Shown here: positions 49,701 to 59,115 of the stretch, piece by piece | How positions within the stretch are numbered: the first letter of the stretch is position 1 | Layout of the letters: every line of letters starts with the position of its first letter | Origin: Candidatus Omnitrophota bacterium | GTDB lineage: Bacteria > Omnitrophota > Gorgyraeia > Zapsychrales > JANLHA01 | Direction: 5' to 3' | NCBI GenBank assembly: GCA_023247795.1 | Contig: JAHFFT010000005.1 | Location: 8,764-72,763, forward strand | Length of the DNA stretch: 64,000 nucleotides | Made by a program: the position numbers and the translations under genes | Notes under the pieces: model-generated | Seen by the model: the letters and a program-made list of their open reading frames with translations, nothing else | Database searches by the model: none | What the model was told of the DNA's origin: nothing

Positions 49701-50588
49701 TTATTGTGTCCCTTGCTTTTCTTGCAAACGTTCCATATCAAAAACAACCTGCTTCAAAGAACCCGCCAAAGGATGCTGTGGGTTTTGTTCGATGAACTGA
49801 CGATAGATTTTGATGGCGGGCCCAAAATCCTGACTTTCCTCAAGACAAATGTTATTGATCCTTTGGATAATCACCGCCGCGGACTGCTGATTCAACAAAG
49901 TGGTCTTGATGAATTTTAACAAAATTTTCCCTCGCGCTTCAACGCCCTCTGTCCAGCGCTTTTGCAAAACGTAAACATCTGATAAAAACTGCGAGGCGTT
50001 AAACTCGACGGCCGAATCAGGAAAACGGGCGATGAGACTTTGATATTGCTCAACGGCTTCCTGGGCCGCCTGAAGAAACAATTGCCCTTCTCCCTGCCGC
50101 TGATAATGATCGGCCAGATATAAGGGAACACTCATCCCAACGATTGTCTGCTCATGGTCTTTCTTCAAAGAGTCATAAACCCGCAGTGCCTGCGACCACT
50201 GTCCAGCGGCCTCGTAAGTCTTAGCGATGTTGAATTGGGTCCTCGTCAAGAGTTCGGTGTTCTGCGGATATTTTTCAAGGATCACTTGGTATTCCGCGCG
50301 CGCCGCCTCATAATCCTTTTTTAAAAAATGCGCCCCGGCAATCTGAGTATAAATCTTCGGGCACAAATAAGATTCCGGAAACTGCTTGATGACTCGACGA
50401 TAGGAAGAAATCAACTGCTCATAACTGAACCGTGGTATCACTTGCGGTTCACGTGCGTATTTTTGCAATTTTTGATCAATGCGCCAAACCTGACGCTCAG
50501 CAAGGTAATCACTCTTCAAATCACAAAGACTGAAGACAACAAAAACACTGATTAAAATCCCCGCGTAAACAGCCCAAATCTTCTTCAT
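49701..50588 (-). CDS. Membrane-anchored TPR protein
   Basis: N-terminal hydrophobic helix; repeated Y..(V/L)(I/L)..(F/Y)P TPR caps. Confidence 0.7.
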   Translation of the reverse strand: MKKIWAVYAGILISVFVVFSLCDLKSDYLAERQVWRIDQKLQKYAREPQVIPRFSYEQLISSYRRVIKQFPESYLCPKIYTQIAGAHFLKKDYEAARAEYQVILEKYPQNTELLTRTQFNIAKTYEAAGQWSQALRVYDSLKKDHEQTIVGMSVPLYLADHYQRQGEGQLFLQAAQEAVEQYQSLIARFPDSAVEFNASQFLSDVYVLQKRWTEGVEARGKILLKFIKTTLLNQQSAAVIIQRINNICLEESQDFGPAIKIYRQFIEQNPQHPLAGSLKQVVFDMERLQEKQGTQ

Positions 50589-51454
50589 TCCTTTTTCTCT
50601 CCCAGAATGAACTTCGTGACCGCCGTGTAAACAACCGCGTCAATCATGAGAACAATCACCACCCCAAAAGCCAATAAAATAACTCGGAACTCCGGCAGGC
50701 TGTCCGCTCCAATTGCCAACGAATTCTCCCTGAGTAAAACAACCGGCAGATAAATGAACGTTGGAATCAAAACCATACGCGAAATCAACCCCCAGGAAGA
50801 AAAAAGCAAACGAAAATGACCGAGCAGCGCCTGATGGATCTTTTTCTTTTCCAAAACGATCAAGGGAATCACAAAGGCAAATAAAATAATCACGATCGCC
50901 CCGAACAAGACGCTTACATACGGACCAGCCTCCAGCATGATCTTGTAAACAACGCTTAATGTCTGGCTTCCACTGCCAAACGTGTTGAGTTTCAAAAGCA
51001 ACAATTCATAACTTTTGATCAAAGCCCGGAACACCAAAAATGAAAGCACCGAAGCGACGAGAATGTGAATATAACTCGGCAGCAAACCCATCAACAAACG
51101 ACCCAACTGCAACTTGCGCTTTTGCTCGACAGCCTCGATGATCTTAACCGCCCAGCCAATAAAAAATCCCGTAACAAAAATGAAAAGGACAATCTGGCAA
51201 GAATAAAATAACTGGGGAAAAATCAAAAAATTCGCTGGATAATGCAGATAACCTTCTCCCCATAGCTTACGAACCAATGGGTCAAAAAAAACCTTCAAAG
51301 GATAGCGAGGAGAAAAATAAAAGATCTCAATGATAAAAAGGTGCAAAAAAGCCACCGTGCTAAACGGCAAAAGAATGATCGGATGGCTTCTGATCGTCCC
51401 AACACTCAAATTGAGCAGAGACAAAGCTGAGTGTTTTATTGTTTTTAGCATCAA
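50585..51454 (-). CDS. Hypothetical integral membrane protein
   Basis: About 6 hydrophobic helices; overlaps the neighbouring gene by ATGA. Confidence 0.7.
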   Translation of the reverse strand: MMLKTIKHSALSLLNLSVGTIRSHPIILLPFSTVAFLHLFIIEIFYFSPRYPLKVFFDPLVRKLWGEGYLHYPANFLIFPQLFYSCQIVLFIFVTGFFIGWAVKIIEAVEQKRKLQLGRLLMGLLPSYIHILVASVLSFLVFRALIKSYELLLLKLNTFGSGSQTLSVVYKIMLEAGPYVSVLFGAIVIILFAFVIPLIVLEKKKIHQALLGHFRLLFSSWGLISRMVLIPTFIYLPVVLLRENSLAIGADSLPEFRVILLAFGVVIVLMIDAVVYTAVTKFILGEKKE

Positions 51455-51458
51455 TTGA

Positions 51459-51842
51459 TTAAAAATTTTTGCTCACATTCATTTTTCGTTCTTGCCCTTG
51501 AATCAGCAAAACAACGATCAGTGCTCCAATGGCATTTGATCCCATATCCATCCAGGAAGGCTCACGACCGGTGAAGCCCTGCAATATTTCCATAACTCCG
51601 CCGTAAAGCACCGACATCAAAAAAGCTAAAGGGTAAATTCCGTTGGAAACAAATTGGGACAAAGTTTTAATCAATAAAAACGCTAAAATACCGTAGGCAG
51701 GGATATGGGCCAGATTGGCCAACAGCTCGGTCAGCGAAAAAACCTCCTGCAATTCGCTCGCCGGCAAAAGCGACAAAATCGTCAAGACAAGCAAATAGCA
51801 AGGTGTCAGGCAAAGCCATATCTTACAACGAGGAATTTCCAC
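51459..51842 (-). CDS. VanZ-family membrane protein
   Basis: AHIPAYGIL, MEILQGFTGREPSWMDMGSNAIG. Confidence 0.85.
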   Translation of the reverse strand: MEIPRCKIWLCLTPCYLLVLTILSLLPASELQEVFSLTELLANLAHIPAYGILAFLLIKTLSQFVSNGIYPLAFLMSVLYGGVMEILQGFTGREPSWMDMGSNAIGALIVVLLIQGQERKMNVSKNF

Positions 51843-52785
51843 TATGATTCTGCAAATAGTTGACGGTTCGCTTCAGGCCTTCGTTAAAATTGACAAGGGG
51901 TTTGTATTTGATGATTCGCTTTGTTCGCGAGATGTCAGCGTGCGTCTTGAAAACATCTCCCGGTCTTTTGGCCAGCCATTTCGGTTTCGCCTTTTTGCCG
52001 AGAATTTCATTCAGCACATCCACCAGCGCTAAGACCGAATGATTTTCCCCAACACCAACGTTAAGAACCGCGTGTTTGACGCCGGGTGCTATCGCCGCCA
52101 AATGATTCGCGGAAACGATGTTATCGATATAAGTAAAATCTCGTGATTGTTTCCCTTTACCAAAAATCGGCGGGGCTTCATCGTTTAAAAGACAATGGAT
52201 AAATTTGGGGATCACCACCGCGTATTCATCATCCCAGGGCTGGCGAGTGCCAAAGACATTAAAATAACGCAAGCACACCGTTGAAAGCCCATGAAAATCC
52301 GAAAATATCCGGCAGTAATGTTCGCCAGCCAGTTTAGTGAGGGCATAAGGCGAAACCAATTGCGGGACCAAATCCTCGGTCTGCGGAAATTTTTTGGCTT
52401 CTCCATAAACAGAACTGGATGAGGCAAAGACAAAACGTTTCACTTTATGCTTCAGCGACGCTTGCAGCATACAAACAAGGCCGTTGATATTGACATCATT
52501 GAAACTGATCGGCTCAGTCAACGACTTAGGGACCGAACGCAAAGCGGCCTGGTGCAAAACATAATCCATTCCTTGACATGCCTTATCGCAGATTTTCTGA
52601 TCACGGATATCTCCCCGAATCAGTTCAAACTTTTTTGTTGAATAGGTTTTAGTAAAGACCAGGTTAGCTTCCTTACCCGACGAAAAATTGTCGAGAACGC
52701 GAACGCCGCACCCTTTTTTCAAAAGGAACTCAACAATGTTTGATCCGATAAACCCTGCTCCTCCGGTCACTAAAAACTGACTCAT
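51823..52785 (-). CDS. NAD-dependent nucleotide-sugar epimerase (WbpP-like)
   Basis: TGGAGFIGS, HQAALRSVP, ASSSSVYG, PYALTK, LRYFNVFG, RDFTY. Confidence 0.9.
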   Translation of the reverse strand: MSQFLVTGGAGFIGSNIVEFLLKKGCGVRVLDNFSSGKEANLVFTKTYSTKKFELIRGDIRDQKICDKACQGMDYVLHQAALRSVPKSLTEPISFNDVNINGLVCMLQASLKHKVKRFVFASSSSVYGEAKKFPQTEDLVPQLVSPYALTKLAGEHYCRIFSDFHGLSTVCLRYFNVFGTRQPWDDEYAVVIPKFIHCLLNDEAPPIFGKGKQSRDFTYIDNIVSANHLAAIAPGVKHAVLNVGVGENHSVLALVDVLNEILGKKAKPKWLAKRPGDVFKTHADISRTKRIIKYKPLVNFNEGLKRTVNYLQNHSGNSSL

Positions 52786-52954
52786 GAATTAAGACTCCTT
52801 CTTGATGTTCTTATTGTTAAAGATAGCGATCATTTTTCATATAACAAATTTTAATCACCGATTTTCATAAATCATCGATGAGAATTATTTATTATATCAA
52901 TTCAAATGGAAATGTCTAACGGAATAGGGGGTTTTTGAATAAAATTGGAGGAGG

Positions 52955-53320
52955 CTAAATCGTCTTTGAGGAACGGTTGTAATCGTCCTGCAACCGCTCA
53001 ATATCGTCTTCGCTCAAATGCTCGCCACAGGCGACTTCAATGAAAATCAACTTTTCTTGGCCATGGTTACCAATCCGATGAACAGCTCCCAACGGGATAT
53101 CCACCACCATACCGGTCCGCACTGGGATATCCTTCTTATCAACAATCGCCAAACCCGAACCTTGAACAATGATCCATTTTTCACTGCGGCCGCGGTGCTT
53201 CTGCAGACTCAGGCGACTTTGCGGCAAAACCTCGACGCGTTTGACCCAGAATCCCGGCTCTTGATAAAGCATTTTGAAATGCCCCCAGGGACGTTGTGAA
53301 ACGTTGTTTTCATGTTTCAT
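52955..53320 (-). CDS. Type II mannose-6-phosphate isomerase C-terminal cupin
   Basis: RPWGHF, LSLQKH..RSEKW, HRIGN, FIEV, EDDIERLQDDY. Confidence 0.85.
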   Translation of the reverse strand: MKHENNVSQRPWGHFKMLYQEPGFWVKRVEVLPQSRLSLQKHRGRSEKWIIVQGSGLAIVDKKDIPVRTGMVVDIPLGAVHRIGNHGQEKLIFIEVACGEHLSEDDIERLQDDYNRSSKTI

Positions 53321-53448
53321 AAGGGGATGCCGCCTTAAATTTTTTCATTGTCTAAGCAATAACGATTATTTTACTAATTTTTTTGTCCTTGTATAGCTTT
53401 TTAACACAAGTCAGTAAAGGGATAATTTCCTCAGAAGAATCCCAACAA

Positions 53449-54726
53449 CTACCATGCAAATCCTTTTAACGCCTCTTCCAAGCGGAGCAAATCTTTCTTG
53501 GTATGCATGGCAGACACAAAAAACGCCTCCAGATCTGCCGGCGGCCAGTAAATCCCTTGATCAATCAAATGCCAAAATAATTTTCGATAACGGTCCCCTC
53601 CAGCGGCCTTCTTAGCGTCGGTATAATTCTTGACCGGATGATCGGAAAAACGGACACTCATCATCGAATGATAAACCGACAGGTGAACAGGAAGTTGCTT
53701 CTCTTTATAATGTTGATTGAGCCTTTCGACAAATTGACGACATCGTTCGTTGAGGGTGCGGTAAACATCTTTATTCATCAATTGCAATGTCGCTAACCCG
53801 GAACGCATCACCACCGGATTACCGGAAAATGTCCCGGCCTGATAGACCCCGCCCAATGGAGCAAGGCATTGCATGATGTCTTTGCGTCCACCATAAGCAC
53901 CAACCGGAAACCCACCGCCGATGATTTTTCCCAAACAGGTCAAATCAGGAATGATGCCACATTCACTCTGGGCGCCACCCAACCCGGCACGGAACCCGGT
54001 CATGATCTCATCGAAGATAAGAACAATTTGATGTTTGCTTGTCAGTTCCCGCAAAATTTTTAAAAACCCCGGATCCGCTGGGATCACCCCCATGTTGCCG
54101 GCAACCGGCTCTAAAATCACCGCGGCAATCTGGTTTTTATACTTTTCAATCGTCGCTGCCGCCAACGCTGAATCATTATACGGCAGGCTAATAGTGTTAT
54201 CGATATGCCCTTGCGGGATCCCTAGACTCGACGATTCCTTTAACGTTGCCACTCCAGAGCCGGCAGTGGTCAAAAGATCATCGACATGACCATGATAACA
54301 ACCGTCGAATTTGATCACCAAAGACCGCTTGGTAAATCCCCTGGCCAAACGAAGAGCACTCATTGTGGCTTCGGTGCCAGAATTGACAAAACGGATCTGT
54401 TCGATCGATGGCACGTTCTCAACGATGAACTTGGCAATATCAATTTCCTGCCGAGTGGTCGTCCCAAAGCTGCTGCCTTTTTGGACGGTATTTTTAGCGG
54501 CCAGTACGACATTGCGATGGGCGTGACCAAAGATCAAAGAGCCCCAGGAAAGGCAATAATCGGTATAAGCGTTTCCATCATAGTCAAAAAGTTGCGATCC
54601 TTTCCCATACTTCATGACCAAGGGGTCGGCCCCAACACCGTTGAAGGATCGGACCGGGCTATTGACCCCACCGACCAAGACCGTTTTGGCCTCCTCAAAA
54701 AATTGTTTTGAAATTTTATTTCTCAT
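53449..54726 (-). CDS. hemL: Glutamate-1-semialdehyde 2,1-aminomutase
   Basis: GGVNSPVRSF, VNSGTEATM, GCYHGH, FDEIMTGFR, GKIIGGG, AGTFSGNP; start set at MRNKI. Confidence 0.95.
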   Translation of the reverse strand: MRNKISKQFFEEAKTVLVGGVNSPVRSFNGVGADPLVMKYGKGSQLFDYDGNAYTDYCLSWGSLIFGHAHRNVVLAAKNTVQKGSSFGTTTRQEIDIAKFIVENVPSIEQIRFVNSGTEATMSALRLARGFTKRSLVIKFDGCYHGHVDDLLTTAGSGVATLKESSSLGIPQGHIDNTISLPYNDSALAAATIEKYKNQIAAVILEPVAGNMGVIPADPGFLKILRELTSKHQIVLIFDEIMTGFRAGLGGAQSECGIIPDLTCLGKIIGGGFPVGAYGGRKDIMQCLAPLGGVYQAGTFSGNPVVMRSGLATLQLMNKDVYRTLNERCRQFVERLNQHYKEKQLPVHLSVYHSMMSVRFSDHPVKNYTDAKKAAGGDRYRKLFWHLIDQGIYWPPADLEAFFVSAMHTKKDLLRLEEALKGFAW

Positions 54727-54754
54727 AGCATGGTAAATTTCTAGTAGTGACAAC

Positions 54755-54813
54755 TCGCAAGTCTCAGGACTCATGTGACAAGTCACTTGAAACTTGAGAC
54801 GTGAGACTTGCAA
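54755..54813. repeat. Heptamer-periodic palindromic element, copy C, overlapping the 3' end of the hemC-cobA-hemD gene
   Basis: gcaagtctca (54757-54766) pairs perfectly with tgagacttgc (54802-54811); cttgaaa cttgaga cgtgaga cttgcaa. Confidence 0.8.
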
Positions 54814-56854
54814 CCATGACCCGACTCTGATACCCCGCATCATGCAAACATTTCTGGGTCAGCGGACCTTTACAAACAATCTCCCAATCTTTCGGGATCG
54901 GACCATGGTCCCTCAGATAATTCACGACCGTCGACGGGCTAGTAAAAATAATTTGGTCAAATTTGCCTTTTGGCAACTCTTTTCTCTCTGGCTTTTTGTT
55001 TTGGTAGACGGGATATTCATAAACCTCGCTTCCGCGCGATCGCAGTTCCTTTATCAAAAAGGGGTTCGGCAAGGCCGATCGCGGAAACAAGATTCGACTT
55101 CCCCTCAAATCAAAATTTTCTTGCAACTCCCGCAAAAAACCTTCACTGGATTCTTCGTCAGCAACAACCTTGGCCTCATAACCAAACTGCTCCAAAGCCT
55201 GCTCGGTGTCTCGCCCAATCACCGCTATCTTCTTCATTGACAGCAGGTCCGTAAGATTGTGTTTTTTTAACAGACTCATAAAAAACCGCACGGCAAAACG
55301 GCTGGTCAAAAGGACCAAATCACATTTCTGCAAGTCTTCTCTTAACTGATCAATCTGTTGCGGAGTCAGTGGATTTTCAATCAGTTCAATCATCGGATGA
55401 TGCACCAACTGGCCTAAGGCCTGATATTTTTGCGGATTTGTTCCCAAATACAAAATGTGATTTTTTTTCTGTTGTCTGCCCCGATAGAACCTAACCGTTT
55501 CACCGACCATAATCAACGCCGGCGGTTTCAGTCCCTGCTCTCCAACCCTTTTTTGGATATCCTGCAAAGTACCATCAACAATTTTTTCTTGCGCTGTTGT
55601 TCCACTTTCAATAACAATGACCGGGGTTGACGGCTTCCAGCCTTTAAGCAACAAGGCCTCAACGATATCGCTCAATTTGGTCAGTCCCATAAAAAAAACC
55701 AACGTGTCAGCCTCAGGGATCGCGATGGGCTGGGGATCATCACTCATTTCTGCCGGACCATGACCGCTCACAAAAGCAACCGAAGAAGAAATCCCTCTGG
55801 CCGTCAAGGGAATGCCCAAATGCGACGGTAACCCCGTCGCCGAACTCACCCCCGGAATGACCTCGACCTCGATATGATAATTCTGCAAATACAACATTTC
55901 CTCGGCCCCGCGGCCAAAAACCATGGGGTCCCCTCCTTTGAGCCGAACAACATTTTTCCCAGAGCGCGCCTGCTCTCTGAGCATCCGACAAACCTCTCCC
56001 TGAGGAAGGCTATGGTTGCCTTTTCTTTTCCCGACGTAGATGAGCTGTGCCTGATGGGCGTATTGCAAAAGTTGCGAAGACGCTAAAAAATCATAAAAAA
56101 CACAATCCGCATTTTCCAACGCCTTAATGGCTTTCAACGTTATCAACTCCGGATCGCCGGGTCCAGCTCCAACGAGCATAACCCGTCCATAATCTTTGCG
56201 CGCGTCGATCAACGAAAATAAATTTTTCAGGTCGACATCTTCACGACGGCCGACGATAGCCAGTTGCCCTTGCAAGGCGGTGGCTTCGTAAGGCAAAACC
56301 TCAACGATCTCACTTTCTAATCCCAAACGTTTTAAGGCACAGGTGGCAACCACTATGGCGTTGAGTTTTCCAGATTTCAACTGACGCAAACGGTCTTCAA
56401 TGGGACCGCGGATCGGTATCAGTTCAACATCTGCCCTTACCTTTTTGATTTCCTGATGACGCAAGGTGCTGCTGGTACCAATTTTGGCACCGGCAGGCAA
56501 ATCAACAAGCTTAGCTCGACCGACCAAACAATCGGTCTCGTCAAAGGCTTTGGTTAAGGCAAAGATTTCCAATCCTTCCGGGAGTTGTTGCGCAAGGTCC
56601 TTGGCACTATGCACGGTCACATCAACCTGTTCGTTGCTGAGCGCCTGATCCAACGCGTCGGTAAAAAAATCTTCTCCCGGATTACTGGAAAGCGGCGTTT
56701 GCTGATCTTTATCGCCTTGTGTTTGCAGCGTGACCACGTCGTAGGCAAGACTCTGCCCCTGCCCTTCCAGGAGATTAAAAACCTCTTTCACCTGAATCAA
56801 GGCCAAACGGCTACCCCGAGAACCGACAATTATCTTTTTGCTTTGAGGAAACAT
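54764..56854 (-). CDS. HemC (domains 1-2)-CobA-HemD triple fusion
   Basis: VGSRGSRLALIQ, VHSAKD, IGTSSTLR (HemC); VGAGPGDPELIT, RLKGGDPMVFGRG (CobA); LTSRFAV, ILFPRS, FTSPSTV (HemD); start set at MFPQS. Confidence 0.88.
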   Translation of the reverse strand: MFPQSKKIIVGSRGSRLALIQVKEVFNLLEGQGQSLAYDVVTLQTQGDKDQQTPLSSNPGEDFFTDALDQALSNEQVDVTVHSAKDLAQQLPEGLEIFALTKAFDETDCLVGRAKLVDLPAGAKIGTSSTLRHQEIKKVRADVELIPIRGPIEDRLRQLKSGKLNAIVVATCALKRLGLESEIVEVLPYEATALQGQLAIVGRREDVDLKNLFSLIDARKDYGRVMLVGAGPGDPELITLKAIKALENADCVFYDFLASSQLLQYAHQAQLIYVGKRKGNHSLPQGEVCRMLREQARSGKNVVRLKGGDPMVFGRGAEEMLYLQNYHIEVEVIPGVSSATGLPSHLGIPLTARGISSSVAFVSGHGPAEMSDDPQPIAIPEADTLVFFMGLTKLSDIVEALLLKGWKPSTPVIVIESGTTAQEKIVDGTLQDIQKRVGEQGLKPPALIMVGETVRFYRGRQQKKNHILYLGTNPQKYQALGQLVHHPMIELIENPLTPQQIDQLREDLQKCDLVLLTSRFAVRFFMSLLKKHNLTDLLSMKKIAVIGRDTEQALEQFGYEAKVVADEESSEGFLRELQENFDLRGSRILFPRSALPNPFLIKELRSRGSEVYEYPVYQNKKPERKELPKGKFDQIIFTSPSTVVNYLRDHGPIPKDWEIVCKGPLTQKCLHDAGYQSRVMVASLTSQVSSDLSHES

Positions 56855-56947
56855 CGTCCAAATTCTCAATTGTTAGTAACAAAATAAGGGATTATTGTAA
56901 CATACTATCGGTTTGCCGCAAATAACTTGATAACTCGGCGGAAAAAA

Positions 56948-57016
56948 CAAGTCCCAAGTTCCAAGTCTCAAGTTACAAATGACTTGAGACCAGCGACCTG
57001 GGACTTGAGACCTAAG
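56948..57016. repeat. Heptamer-periodic palindromic element, copy D
   Basis: caagtcc caagttc caagtct caagtta caaat / ga cttgaga ccagcga cctggga cttgaga cctaag. Confidence 0.85.
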
Positions 57017-57028
57017 TATAGACGACAA

Positions 57029-59113
57029 TTACTCTTCAAGGAGTTTTTTAATGGCTGGAAGGGCTTGGCGGGCGGCGGCCTCACCGCGTTTGATCAGATC
57101 ATCGACCTTATACAGTTCATACCAATTGACACCGACCAAATCCGGGTGGATGTTGACATCGGCATTCTGGGCACTTTGCTCAGCCAAGAGATACTCAGAG
57201 GCTTGCAAACTGCGGACAATGATATCGGAAATATTAGGAGTGAACAATTTTGTGATCGCCCGCCAAAGCCGGAATTTGACAAAATGACCAGGGGCCTTCC
57301 CAAAAGGAATCCGGCTCTGATCTTTGAATCCGTTCTGCTCCAAAACAAACCCATAAGTCACGTCCTGCGGAGACTGCAAAACATTGACGGCGATGATCTT
57401 TTTGATCCCCAAGCCCATCAACACGTTCGTCGGTAACGGATTGAGCACCCCGCCGTCGATGATCATCTGCTCCCCCTCCAAGACCGGCGTCATAACCCCG
57501 GGAATCGAAATGCTTTTCCTCACCGCGTCAACGAGCAAACCGGAATCAACAACAAGCTCTTGCCGCCGGACCAAATCATAAGCGACCACTTTAAGCGGAA
57601 TCCGCGTGCTGTAAAAAGTTTTGTTTCCTAACCCGCGAGTCCTCAGCCAGCGTTTTATCATGTGCCCGGCCATCAATCCGGAAATCGGAAAGATCGGATC
57701 AAATATTTTCCACATGTTCTTCGGCTTTTTAAATTCACGCGCCAGGTTCTCCAGCTCCGCGGCATTATTGCCGATAACCCAAAAACTTGCTAAAAGAGCA
57801 CCCATGCTGCTGCCTACGACCACATCGACCGGGATCCTTTCCTGCTCCAGAACCTTGATGACACCGATGTGCGCCAATCCCAAAGCGGCCCCACCTCCTA
57901 AAACCAATCCCACCTGAACTCCGCTGATCTGACGAGCAATCTTCGTGACCGCCCGGCCGTATTCGCTGTTCTCACCCGGTAAACGCACCATCAGGGCTTC
58001 ATTGTTGATTGGTTCCTGCATCTGGTCTGAATCGATATGCGGCAATTTGGTAAAGACATCGAAATCGATTTCTTTATGGATATCTTCATACGACAAATAA
58101 CAGGCGGCCTGCCGTCCGCTGATCACAATCTGGATCTGCTCCCGACGGAACTGCTCTTGCAACCCCTGTTCCAATTGATTGATGATCCCACGCATCACCA
58201 ATAGATCATCTTTTTTATCTTGCGTGACCAACTGAACGATATCCGACTGAATGAGCGTCTTTAAAACCACCTCATCGGTTTGATTTGGCAGGTCCACGAT
58301 GACATAATGATAATTATTGACCAGGGCTGAGACAAATTGGCTGATCTTATCAACCATCGCCTGGTCGGTCGCGTTGAAGTTCACATGCAGCAAATCCACC
58401 GGTAACTGCCCTTGGATGATGTGGCCAGTGATGACATCGGGGTCGTCGGCCATATCATTGAGCGAAACCCCGCGAGTTTTCCACTGCACTGAGGTGTCCA
58501 CGTCCTCTGAAGGAATATTGATTTGTTCCTCGGCCCAGGAACCAATGGTGACCCAAAGCACTTTTTTCTTGGATTCCCGCTGCAGACTCATCGCCAAATT
58601 GAAGGAATACGTCGAGCTGCCGGCACCTTTGATCGGACTATAAATCGAGATGATGGTACTTTCAAAGACGTCGCCGTGCGCTCCCCTGTGACGCACCCGC
58701 TTTGAAAGATTATGGCTGAGGGCAACCCCTAAATTGGGAATCGATTTTAGGATCTCATTGAAATCATCCTGTTCGATTTTTAAAATGATCGAATCGTTGA
58801 TCGCCTCAAAAGTCAAAGAATGTGGCTCGCCGGTCAGTAGGGAAATCACGCCAAAATGCGTGCCCCGATGGATGAATTCAACGTTTTTCTTTTTTTGAAG
58901 AAAATCTAAAGCATAGGCTTGGATCCGTCCGGAAACCAGCCCGTAAAAAGCGTCCGGAGGGTCCCCCTGACGGCAGATGACTTCGCCCTTGCGGAATTGC
59001 AAAATCTTTGACTTGATCGCAATCCGCTGCAAGTCCAGCCAGCTTAACTTATTAAAAATTGGGATTTGTTTGACAAGGGAAACGCGGTTAAAAAAGGAAG
59101 AGAGTTCAGCCAT
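57029..59113 (-). CDS. cNMP-binding-like + ParA/CpaE-like + patatin phospholipase fusion
   Basis: KGEVICRQGD, HFGVISLL; SIYSPIKGAGSST, YVIVDLP; LGGGAALG, GSSMG, IDGG. Confidence 0.8.
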   Translation of the reverse strand: MAELSSFFNRVSLVKQIPIFNKLSWLDLQRIAIKSKILQFRKGEVICRQGDPPDAFYGLVSGRIQAYALDFLQKKKNVEFIHRGTHFGVISLLTGEPHSLTFEAINDSIILKIEQDDFNEILKSIPNLGVALSHNLSKRVRHRGAHGDVFESTIISIYSPIKGAGSSTYSFNLAMSLQRESKKKVLWVTIGSWAEEQINIPSEDVDTSVQWKTRGVSLNDMADDPDVITGHIIQGQLPVDLLHVNFNATDQAMVDKISQFVSALVNNYHYVIVDLPNQTDEVVLKTLIQSDIVQLVTQDKKDDLLVMRGIINQLEQGLQEQFRREQIQIVISGRQAACYLSYEDIHKEIDFDVFTKLPHIDSDQMQEPINNEALMVRLPGENSEYGRAVTKIARQISGVQVGLVLGGGAALGLAHIGVIKVLEQERIPVDVVVGSSMGALLASFWVIGNNAAELENLAREFKKPKNMWKIFDPIFPISGLMAGHMIKRWLRTRGLGNKTFYSTRIPLKVVAYDLVRRQELVVDSGLLVDAVRKSISIPGVMTPVLEGEQMIIDGGVLNPLPTNVLMGLGIKKIIAVNVLQSPQDVTYGFVLEQNGFKDQSRIPFGKAPGHFVKFRLWRAITKLFTPNISDIIVRSLQASEYLLAEQSAQNADVNIHPDLVGVNWYELYKVDDLIKRGEAAARQALPAIKKLLEE

Positions 59114-59115
59114 AA

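Noticed and set aside
56948-57016. Heptamer arrays as a CRISPR array
   Set aside because: No constant 23-47 bp repeats with unique spacers and no cas genes.
57029-59113. Patatin as a CBASS CapV-type anti-phage effector
   Set aside because: No CD-NTase or other defence genes nearby; the context is fatty-acid metabolism.
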